Assembly (NCBI GenBank): GCA_003712055.1
Contig: RHLJ01000007.1
Span: forward strand, 113,512-177,511
Length of the DNA: 64,000 nucleotides
Source: Balneola sp.
Lineage (GTDB): Bacteria > Bacteroidota > Rhodothermia > Balneolales > Balneolaceae
Direction of reading: 5' to 3'
The translations under genes were made by a program, and so were the position numbers. The notes under the pieces are model-generated. The model worked only from the letters and a program-made list of their open reading frames with translations, did no database searches and had not been told where the DNA came from. Shown here one piece after another: positions 57,101-63,027 of the stretch; position 1 is the first letter of the stretch; every line of letters begins with the position of its first letter.

Positions 57101-58097
57101 GGAAATCACCTATTCTGAATTCTTCAGAAAAACCATCATAATCACGGGCATCACCTTCATTTGCGGTAATTAAATAATCATTCCCATCCATTGTGATGAT
57201 AGAGATTGCATCAGGCTGATACATACCCATTACAGGCCATTTAGCAAGGTTGATGGCATTGTCGTCATTACTTGCATCGATTTCGTTGCCAAATTCTGAG
57301 TGGTCTTTAAATCCAAGTGCCCAGATATCAGTTACGGTAGCAGAAGCGATATCAACAACAGCAATAGCATTGTTTTCCTGAAGTACTACATAAGCAGTAG
57401 CATCATCACTGGAGATGGTTACGTATTCCGGTTCAAGATCTTCTGATACTGTTGCTCCGGGACCAAAAATCCTTACTCCTTCAGCTAAAAGAGTAGCTTC
57501 TTGAGTATCAAAATCATTGAAATCAGCAGTTGATACCACAGCTGAACCGGTTCCGGCACTTGCATCAATTCCCGAGACATCAAGAATAGAAATAGAACCT
57601 TCAGGGTCTACATCATAATCGTCATTAGGTTCACCTTCATTGGCTACTACAACTGTTTCGCCATCATTCGTGAAGGTTAACATGTCTGGTAGTGCTCCAA
57701 CAGTAGCAGTGCTGATATGACTTGCATCAGAGGCTTTGAAAAAGACTACGCTACCAGGGTCGGTTACAGGATCGGCCTGTACCGCAACAGCTACAAGTCC
57801 ATTGTAAACAGCTACGCTGTTAACCCCATCACCATAAACACTCATATCTATGGTGGTTACTTCAGAGGGGTTGTTAGGGTCGCTGAGATCTAATACCACG
57901 ATTGAGTTATCCTCAGCATTCGTGAAAAAAAGTTGTTTTGAAGCTGGGTCATAGGCTGAAATTTCAGCAGCACCAGCATCAAAAAGTCCGGTATGGTATT
58001 GCCCGATCAGATTTAAGGATACATCCTGAGCAAAAACCCCCGCGGAAGAAAAAATAAGAGCTGCTAAAAGCAGCAAAATGTTAGCTTGTTTCTTCAT
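51126..58097 (-). CDS. Giant T9SS-secreted multi-enzyme: beta-propeller (choice-of-anchor-I-like) with CHRD insert, lamin-tail domain, 5'-nucleotidase module 1, OB-fold-like domain, 5'-nucleotidase module 2, T9SS CTD
   Basis: 2323-aa ORF with signal peptide ..LLLLAALIFSSAGVFAQ.
- CHRD marks: VTAMHFHNAASGADGGV and LYVNVHTVGQSNGAIRGQL (about 56556-56935).
- LTD mark: IFISEYADGDGGSNKYLELYNPTDEDV (about 55560-56000).
- Two metallophosphoesterase/5'-nucleotidase units: ILHNNDGESQL, LSSGDNFLAGPE, GNHDFDFG, NGGGIRND (about 55445-53735 and 53126-51420).
- C-terminus: NYPNPFNPTTNIQFALP..GMYIYRI..KKMMLIK. Confidence 0.88.
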   Translation of the reverse strand: MKKQANILLLLAALIFSSAGVFAQDVSLNLIGQYHTGLFDAGAAEISAYDPASKQLFFTNAEDNSIVVLDLSDPNNPSEVTTIDMSVYGDGVNSVAVYNGLVAVAVQADPVTDPGSVVFFKASDASHISTATVGALPDMLTFTNDGETVVVANEGEPNDDYDVDPEGSISILDVSGIDASAGTGSAVVSTADFNDFDTQEATLLAEGVRIFGPGATVSEDLEPEYVTISSDDATAYVVLQENNAIAVVDIASATVTDIWALGFKDHSEFGNEIDASNDDNAINLAKWPVMGMYQPDAISIITMDGNDYLITANEGDARDYDGFSEEFRIGDFRLNPSVFTDSDLQEDENLGRLRTTNTLGMNADSLFFVMEADSAQETSGGDNRGSGEGEFKYDVAAQTMTFTMTFEGLDFNGFNGMDTLTTDDTSDDVTAMHFHNAASGADGGVLFNILTDGDTEVTTDDAGVTTVTGEWSESDSTFAAILSEMEEALFEEEISLYVNVHTVGQSNGAIRGQLIADPMFDELYSYGARSFSIWSATDGSLVYDSGSDMELRLSLLEPDNFNSTNSENDSFDNRSDDKGPEPEAVTVVYLAGKTYAFIGLERIGGVMVYDVSDPTDPTYISYANPRNFNELDFNEDTIEELADADDTEAIAAIMRSTIASGPESITFLKQGTSPAALPLALVSNEVTGSITVHEVEFASEAAPIFISEYADGDGGSNKYLELYNPTDEDVLLQDYAIARVSNAPSLPGDFESWEDFSATDTIKANSTFLWVNPSAVDSLLDLADATGSAFFNGDDAVALVFGTEDDYEVLDMFGDFLGDPGTAWDVAGISEATADRVLIRKSFIKEGNPAPQGSFGSSTLTSEWIVGEDGANDFSDAGEHMIDNSITLTILHNNDGESQLIDLGSDTLENFGGAARFKTLVEDLRDEADYPGSTSILLSSGDNFLAGPEFNAGVNNGVFYDALAMDQLAYDAIALGNHDFDFGPQNTADFISAFEQTSPTFLSANLDFNGEPSLKELEGDGRIASSTIVEAGGQMIGIIGATTPNLPFISSPGNVEVDSDVAGLVQDEIDALEAAGVNKIILISHLQGIEEDSTLATQLSGIDIMIAGGGDELLANDGDLLVPGDEEIVYGSYPITVQNLDGDDVPIVTTRGSYSYVGRLIVEFDENGDIVQVSDDSGPVRVSGIGTDAVDEDLTMFETVVEPVADFLDQLDQNVIAVSDVALDGVRGNVRGKETNLGNLISQAYLRVAQDRAPDFGVNVPDVALQNGGGIRNDNVIAAGDITELLTFDILPFGNFLSVVEEIPAEQFKEIMENAVSKISSETGEPSGSGTGRFAQAAGFYFVYDLEGEPRQFDDEGNVTFSGDRIVDLVLDDGTVIVRNGEVIEDAPNVNMAIGDFNAGGGDQYPFGDLGFTRLGITDQQAFSLYLSDSEYLDGEVSGDDFPEGGLGNITRTDTYIEDILETEEGVRVTVHGVVTRAAGAIARIQDPTAGVAVFSFSGEFRDSVETGYIRQGDLIRVTGEIDPFNGLHEIAGDLLFTVISRNNTLPEPQLVTLAEIAANGEEYENELVVVKDITITTDDTEFSLGTTYDITDESGETEVGLRVQTSSTGESANFVGTTVPDGEFTFTGVIGQFDGSGNNNSGYQLVPSLSSDIRTSFQLAILHNNDGESQLVNAGEGLEDFGGVARFKTMVDLMRSSNQAMSRGVLMLSSGDNFLAGPEYTVGENDSVFYDALAVDDIGYNALSLGNHDFDFGPEVTADFVSQINSIFLSANLDFSENASLSALEDDDQIAAAAVFEVNGEEIGIVGAITPNLPFISSPGDVEVLDDVATIVQAAIDELEAEGVDKIILISHLQGIEEDSVLATQLSGIDIMIAGGGDELLANDGDALIPGDEGDVFGSYPMYAENLDGNDVPIVTTTGSYKYLGQLVVEFDASGDVVQVLDESGPIRIAGGDNDDAVESDPYLQETVVDPVVEGLAELASNVIASSEVALDGVRSNIRARETNQGNLIADAFIWQANELANDFGAPQVQVAIANGGGIRNDNVIPAGDISELTTFDMLPFLNFITIVEGVTPERFKLMMENAVSRISLDGGEPISSGSGTGRYAQFAGFSMQYNPTLTAVELDDNLEATVEGLRVIDITLEDGTKIIENGQVVAGAPDVNLATANFTAAGGDQYPLADLDQTLVGVTYQQALSNYIVESLGGSITSAEYPEGGEGRAVVTDRMPVANEQISGLPTEFGLDQNYPNPFNPTTNIQFALPQAADVQLSVYNMLGQKVATLVNNKMEAGYHSVAFDARSLASGMYIYRIEAGKFTSVKKMMLIK

Positions 58098-58149
58098 TAG
58101 TTAGGTTTGTTAATTAAGGGTTAGTAACTCCCCAGAATCCGAACCTAAC

Positions 58150-58219
58150 TTTACTTCACCTTTACTAGTGATTTACGATTTGATTAACAGAATCCAATTT
58201 AGTTTACCAAAGTGTAAAC
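58150..58219. promoter_or_regulatory. Phased TTTAC direct repeats plus GTTTAC/GTAAAC inverted repeat in the divergent promoter region
   Basis: TTTAC occurs at 58150, 58161 and 58172 (spacing 11 and 11), then TTAAC at 58184. GTTTAC-caaagt-GTAAAC follows at 58202-58219. The array lies 53-122 nt upstream of the 2323-aa gene start (58097). Confidence 0.35.
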
Positions 58220-58334
58220 ATTCTGAATTAAGATTAATGATAGGTTATTTTTTGGTTACTGAATTATAACCTTCGCCCTTTTCTCTTTCTGGTTATCCTG
58301 CACTTGCCTCTGTCGACATCCCAATTCTTTCCTT

Positions 58335-58376
58335 AGTCATCCCACACCCCGATCCTGAAACAAGTTCAGGATGACT
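58335..58376. repeat. REP-like nested palindrome
   Basis: In AGTCATCC-cacaccccgat-CCTGAA-acaa-gTTCAGG-GATGACT the inner 22 nt are 21/22 identical to 50095-50116. Confidence 0.7.
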
Positions 58377-58489
58377 CAACATAAGACAGCAAAAGGACAG
58401 AGCTATCAAAATTGAAAGAATAGAAATCCGATTATGATCTGTTAACATCAACTGCTTAACTTCAGGCTCAATTTTCAAATTTTTTTTAG

Positions 58490-61072
58490 ATGAAGTATTT
58501 GCAGTTTCTTTCCGTTCTAGGTCTTCTTTTTCTTATTTCCAACAATCCGGTTCAGGCTCAGCTCTTCGAAGATTTCGAAGGTGCTGAAAAGGCAAGTTAT
58601 ACCGGAGCTACTGTTAGCCTTTCTTCAGGAAACTGGTTTCTGGATGATGCCTTACTGGGAAACCTGGCCAATGACAAGTTTAATGGCTCCCAGGGAGTAA
58701 GAATGGATCGCAGAAATGACCGGACCGGAAACATCTATATGCAATTTGATAAGACGGATGGTGCTGATGAAGTCTCCTTTTATTTCGCTAATTATGGAAG
58801 TAGCGATGACAATGAGTTGCAAGTACAGTACTCAACTGATGGAGGAAGCACCTGGGAAAATCTTGGCGATCCCTTAGCTGCTCCGTCAACCCTTGAACAA
58901 CGAACAATTTCGGTTGCCATTTCCGGCAATATCCGCTTCAAATTCATACAATCGGCTGGCACAGACCGATTGAATATTGATGATATCCGAATCACCGATT
59001 TTGTAGAAGCCAGCGATACCGCAACAATTGCCGTTACTGTAGATGATATCACCATTAATGATACGGGCACTACTACATTCCCGACTACCCTGGTAGGTAC
59101 CTCAAGAGAAAAAACACTCAGTATCAAAAATACAGGTAATACCCAGTTAGACATTTCAGAAGTAACCATCACAGGACAAGGATTCTCCGTTTCAAGCCTT
59201 GCGGATAGTTCTCTGGCTTTCAATGAATCAACGGATCTGACGCTAACATTCGAACCTCAAAGTGCAGGTGAAGCAGCTGGTTCTATTAGTATTCTTAATA
59301 ACTCCGAAAACGCCCCTTCATTTGGTGTAACACTCTCCGGTGAAGGAATCGAAGATGGAGAGATTATTCCGATCTCAACAGCCAGAGATTTTCCACTTGG
59401 TACCCGTGTAACCGTTACCGGAAGGGTAACAGTAGGTAATGAATTCGGAGGCCCGCTTTACATGCAGGATGGTACTGCCGGAATTGCTGTTTTTTGGGAG
59501 CTCCTTCATACTACTGCTGAAATAGGAGATTCTGTTACTGTTACCGGTCCACTTACTGTTTTCAGACCTATTGCTGGAAATGATGAAGACTTCTTACTTC
59601 AAATTTCTGATACAGATGACGACAGCAATGTACTCTTCGAAATTATTGACACTGAAAAAAGGGAAGTATCTCCAAGACCAGTAAATCTTGAGCAGGTTAA
59701 TTCCGGTAATTATGAAGGTCAGTTAGTAGTCATCCAGAATGCAACGATTGATCATTCCGGCGCTTTTCAAGGGAATCAAAACTATGGAGTATCAGACGGT
59801 TTCGCAGATGCTGAACTTCGAATTGACAATAATACCAATCTGGTAGGAGCTCAGGCACCGACTGAAGCTACCAATATTGTGGCCGCAGTAGGTAAGTTTG
59901 CGGGAGTTTATCAAATCCTTCCTCGTTTCACCGCCGATGTTGGTGTCGAAGAAGTTACATTTCCGGGAGATAGTATTTCTAAGGACTTTACACTGGATGT
60001 AGTAACATGGAACATCGAGTGGTTTGGAGACGAAGGTAATGGCCCTGCCGATGTTAACACCCAATTTGAAAATGTTAAAACCTTAGTTACAACTTTGGAT
60101 GCAGATATCTATGCATTACAGGAAATTTCGGATGTAACGCTTTTTAATTCTTTGGTCTCCGATTTACAGGATTATGATGGGGTAATTGCGGATTTTAGCC
60201 AAACTCAAAGAACGGCTTACTTATACAATACGAACTCTATTCAATTTCAGGATTCCGAGCTAATTACATCCGGTATGGTTCAATCAGATTGGGCAAACGG
60301 AAGGTATCCTTTCTTGCTTCAGTTCACGGCCAATATCAATGGTGAGGGAAGGGAAATCTACGCGTATAATATTCACGCTAAAGCTTTTGGGGAACCATCT
60401 GATTATAGCCAGAGATTAAATGCATCCGGTCAATTGAAAAGTTATTTAGATAATACTCATCAAGGAGATAACGTCATCGTTCTGGGAGATTTTAACGATG
60501 AAATCCTTGAATCGACCAGTGAAGGCGAGGACTCACCTTATAAAAACTTTGACGACGACACTGAATACACCATAGTGACTAAATCATTAGAGCAGGCAGG
60601 TTATACTTCTTTTTCAAGGTTTTCAATGATTGACCACATTGTATTCAATTCACAGTTGTCCGATGAATATTTTGAAGGAACTGAGCGGGTAGAGAATCCA
60701 TTTTATATCGGAAGCTTTTTAAGTGAAACTTCAGATCACTTTCCAGTATGGGTTCGATTTAAGTGGGGAGTAATCACTTCAAATGAAGATGAGCCTTCTG
60801 AAAGAGCATATACGTTGAGGCTGGATCAAAATTACCCGAATCCTTTTAATCCTACTACTACCATTTCTTATAACCTGGAAAATGCTTCACAGGTTAATCT
60901 GGAAGTATTCGATCTTATGGGTAGAAGAGTAGCAACGTTGGTAAGTGAAAGACAGACGGCTGGTGAACAATCGGTTTCATTTGATGCATCCTCACTTTCA
61001 AGTGGTGTTTACATTTATCAATTGACTGCAGGGGGTTCATCATTAACAAGAAAAATGGTGCTGTTGAAGTAA
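58490..61072 (+). CDS. T9SS-secreted extracellular nuclease (endonuclease/exonuclease/phosphatase family) with accessory domains
   Basis: 860-aa ORF with signal peptide ..LLFLISNNPVQAQ.
- An N-terminal jelly-roll-like domain.
- An Ig-like ASH/choice-of-anchor-D-like segment (..LVGTSREKTLSIKNTGNTQLDISEVTITGQGFSV..).
- An OB-fold-like segment (TRVTVTGRVTV..YMQDGTAGIAVF, about 59370-59940).
- An EEP core from VVTWNIEWFG to SDHFPVWVRF (about 59985-60760).
- A CTD NYPNPFNPTTTISYNL..GVYIYQL..RKMVLLK (60821-61069). Confidence 0.85.
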   Translation: MKYLQFLSVLGLLFLISNNPVQAQLFEDFEGAEKASYTGATVSLSSGNWFLDDALLGNLANDKFNGSQGVRMDRRNDRTGNIYMQFDKTDGADEVSFYFANYGSSDDNELQVQYSTDGGSTWENLGDPLAAPSTLEQRTISVAISGNIRFKFIQSAGTDRLNIDDIRITDFVEASDTATIAVTVDDITINDTGTTTFPTTLVGTSREKTLSIKNTGNTQLDISEVTITGQGFSVSSLADSSLAFNESTDLTLTFEPQSAGEAAGSISILNNSENAPSFGVTLSGEGIEDGEIIPISTARDFPLGTRVTVTGRVTVGNEFGGPLYMQDGTAGIAVFWELLHTTAEIGDSVTVTGPLTVFRPIAGNDEDFLLQISDTDDDSNVLFEIIDTEKREVSPRPVNLEQVNSGNYEGQLVVIQNATIDHSGAFQGNQNYGVSDGFADAELRIDNNTNLVGAQAPTEATNIVAAVGKFAGVYQILPRFTADVGVEEVTFPGDSISKDFTLDVVTWNIEWFGDEGNGPADVNTQFENVKTLVTTLDADIYALQEISDVTLFNSLVSDLQDYDGVIADFSQTQRTAYLYNTNSIQFQDSELITSGMVQSDWANGRYPFLLQFTANINGEGREIYAYNIHAKAFGEPSDYSQRLNASGQLKSYLDNTHQGDNVIVLGDFNDEILESTSEGEDSPYKNFDDDTEYTIVTKSLEQAGYTSFSRFSMIDHIVFNSQLSDEYFEGTERVENPFYIGSFLSETSDHFPVWVRFKWGVITSNEDEPSERAYTLRLDQNYPNPFNPTTTISYNLENASQVNLEVFDLMGRRVATLVSERQTAGEQSVSFDASSLSSGVYIYQLTAGGSSLTRKMVLLK

Positions 61073-61088
61073 TTTCAGCACCTTTTCT
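61057..61088 (+). terminator. Intrinsic terminator overlapping the nuclease stop codon
   Basis: GGTGCTG-(12-nt loop containing the TAA stop)-CAGCACC followed by TTTTCT. Confidence 0.6.
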
Positions 61089-61114
61089 CAGTAATATTAT
61101 TGCCAATTCATAAG

Positions 61115-61132
61115 ACTACATAATTATGTAGT
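61115..61132. promoter_or_regulatory. Perfect 18-bp palindrome ACTACATAATTATGTAGT (candidate operator)
   Basis: ACTACATAA/TTATGTAGT is exactly self-complementary. It lies 147 nt upstream of the ATG at 61279 and has no other obvious role. Confidence 0.35.
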
Positions 61133-61278
61133 TCTTCTTAAAAGCTAATCCCCAAAATTAATTAAAGGAATTCTGTAAGGACTTCCTTTGGAATCGCTCT
61201 TACTAAACAGACTCGGGGGAGTAGTATACCTATGAGTCGGGTATGTATGCTAACTAATAACTTAAAAGGGTAAGAATT

Positions 61279-61764
61279 ATGGATCCGGCAATCTTTGAAT
61301 TCTCAGTTGATTTTAACTTGTTAATAGAGGTACTCATAACTATTGTGGTATTCTCTTTTTTCGTAGAGCGGGCTTTATCACCACTCTTTCAGTCCGAATT
61401 ATTTTTAAAATGGTATGATCCGGAAAATCTACCTGATCCTACTCCACCAACGGATAAAAACTCAAATAAAAAGCAGGATAAAGCTGATGCTGAATCTCAG
61501 CAGGAAGGGACTAAGAAAAAGAAAAAAGGGACAAAAGAGATAGTCTCTATAATTGTATCGATAGCAGTAGTAGTTTTTTGGGAATTTGATGCAATCACGA
61601 TTCTCTTTAAAACATATAATGAGCCACAGGTATTTGGGTATGCTCTTACAGGGCTAATTGTAGCAGGAGGTAGTAAAGCATCTATAAAACTATTTGTTGA
61701 TGTACTGGATTTTAAAAGCACAGCACAAAAAGAGAGGGAGAAAAACAGAGATGAAAGTAACTAG
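61279..61764 (+). CDS. Small membrane protein with Lys-rich loop, unknown family
   Basis: 161-aa ORF with hydrophobic helices at about aa 14-35, 98-118 and 125-145. A charged loop (..KNSNKKQDKADAESQQEGTKKKKKGTKE..) separates them. Its stop overlaps the next gene's start by 14 nt. Confidence 0.55.
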   Translation: MDPAIFEFSVDFNLLIEVLITIVVFSFFVERALSPLFQSELFLKWYDPENLPDPTPPTDKNSNKKQDKADAESQQEGTKKKKKGTKEIVSIIVSIAVVVFWEFDAITILFKTYNEPQVFGYALTGLIVAGGSKASIKLFVDVLDFKSTAQKEREKNRDESN

Positions 61765-63013
61765 ACTCTATAAAGTTGTTGGGCTAATACTTCTCTTTTG
61801 CGTATTTGGATTAGGGGATGTATTCGCAGGTCATTTGGTGACTTCAAAGAAAGCACCAGTAAGAGCCGATTCTTTGAGTAGCTCTCAAATAATTACCAGA
61901 ATCCAGGGAGGTGTAGCCTTAAAGATAGCTGGAGAAGAGCGATTATATGGAACGGGCTACTGGAAAATTGAGCTCCCAAATGGCGGGGTAGGGTATATCT
62001 ACAAAACTCATGTAAGATATAAGGAAGAAGCAATGCCTGGAGATACAGAGAGTGAAGACGGTCCAGCAACCGGTTTTCTTCAGGTACATATGATTAATGT
62101 AGGTCAGGCGGATGCTATATATATAGTATGCCCGGATGGAAAGCATCAAATGGTGATTGATTCCGGGGAACTAAATATGGGAATTAGGTACCCAGGCTCG
62201 GTAAAAGAATTCAAAAATTATATACGAAGTCATCAAAGCATAAATGACCCTATTGAATTAGTTGTCTCCTCTCACCCACATTCGGACCATATAGCTGGTA
62301 TGGATTGGTTGTTAATGAATTATGAAGTGGATTTATATCTGGATAGCGGAAAAGAGAATGATAAATCAGCTACTTATGAATCACTTGAAGCAATGATCAT
62401 TGAAAACGAGATAAATCGTAAGCAATTAACAGATATCGAACTTCCTGAAATCGATTTTTGCAGTAGGAGTGATGTTAAAGTGACAATTTTACGACCTCAG
62501 GGCTTTGATGAAGAAGGAATGCATATCAATGACTATTCCATTGTGATAAGAATGGACTATAGAAGTTCTTCCTTTCTTTTTACTGGAGATAGTGAGGAAG
62601 AGCTGGAAAGCAAACTGCTAACAGATCCATCTACTGCTCCATTGCTAGATACAGATTGGCTGAAAGTAGCACATCATGGGTCTGAGACTTCAACTACAGA
62701 AAAGTTTTTAGAAGCTGTAACTCCAGATATTGCTGCTATTTCGAGTGGTGGAGAAACTATTGGGACAAATGGATCAGAAGAAGATGAAGCTGAAGGTCAC
62801 CTACATCCAAGAATGAGTACAATTGAAAATTTACTTCCATATGTATCGGAGCGTTCTGGTATAAAAACCACACTTGAGGCTTTTAATTCCTCCACAAAAA
62901 AATGGGAACAAGTAACAACGAAAGCTGCCATTTATATCACAAACAATGATGGAGACCTGGTCTTCTTATCTGATGGGGATTTGATTTGGAAACTGGGAGA
63001 TAAGGCTAATTAA
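61751..63013 (+). CDS. Exported SH3b-domain + ComEC/Rec2-type metallo-beta-lactamase-fold hydrolase
   Basis: The track ORF begins at 61694. ATG 61751 gives signal peptide MKVTRLYKVVGLILLFCVFGLGDVFAG. It has an SH3b-like segment (..APVRADSLSSSQIITRIQGGVALKIAG..GYWKIELPNGGVGYIYKTHV), then MBL motifs HMINVGQADAIYIV, IDSGE, SSHPHSDHIAG and KVAHHGS. Confidence 0.78.
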   Translation: MKVTRLYKVVGLILLFCVFGLGDVFAGHLVTSKKAPVRADSLSSSQIITRIQGGVALKIAGEERLYGTGYWKIELPNGGVGYIYKTHVRYKEEAMPGDTESEDGPATGFLQVHMINVGQADAIYIVCPDGKHQMVIDSGELNMGIRYPGSVKEFKNYIRSHQSINDPIELVVSSHPHSDHIAGMDWLLMNYEVDLYLDSGKENDKSATYESLEAMIIENEINRKQLTDIELPEIDFCSRSDVKVTILRPQGFDEEGMHINDYSIVIRMDYRSSSFLFTGDSEEELESKLLTDPSTAPLLDTDWLKVAHHGSETSTTEKFLEAVTPDIAAISSGGETIGTNGSEEDEAEGHLHPRMSTIENLLPYVSERSGIKTTLEAFNSSTKKWEQVTTKAAIYITNNDGDLVFLSDGDLIWKLGDKAN

Positions 63014-63027
63014 TAAGGAGCGAGATT

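Noticed and set aside
55542-57141. Plus-strand ORFs inside the 2323-aa gene (55542-55829, 56047-56235, 56668-57141 at 157 aa)
   Set aside because: They are antisense shadow ORFs with S/V/P/A-rich low-complexity composition. The minus-strand frame carries CHRD, LTD and nucleotidase motifs continuously.
58293-58478. 61-aa minus-strand ORF in the divergent promoter region
   Set aside because: Most of it translates the REP-like palindromes (..HPELVSGSGCGMTKE..), a known artefact pattern of such repeats.
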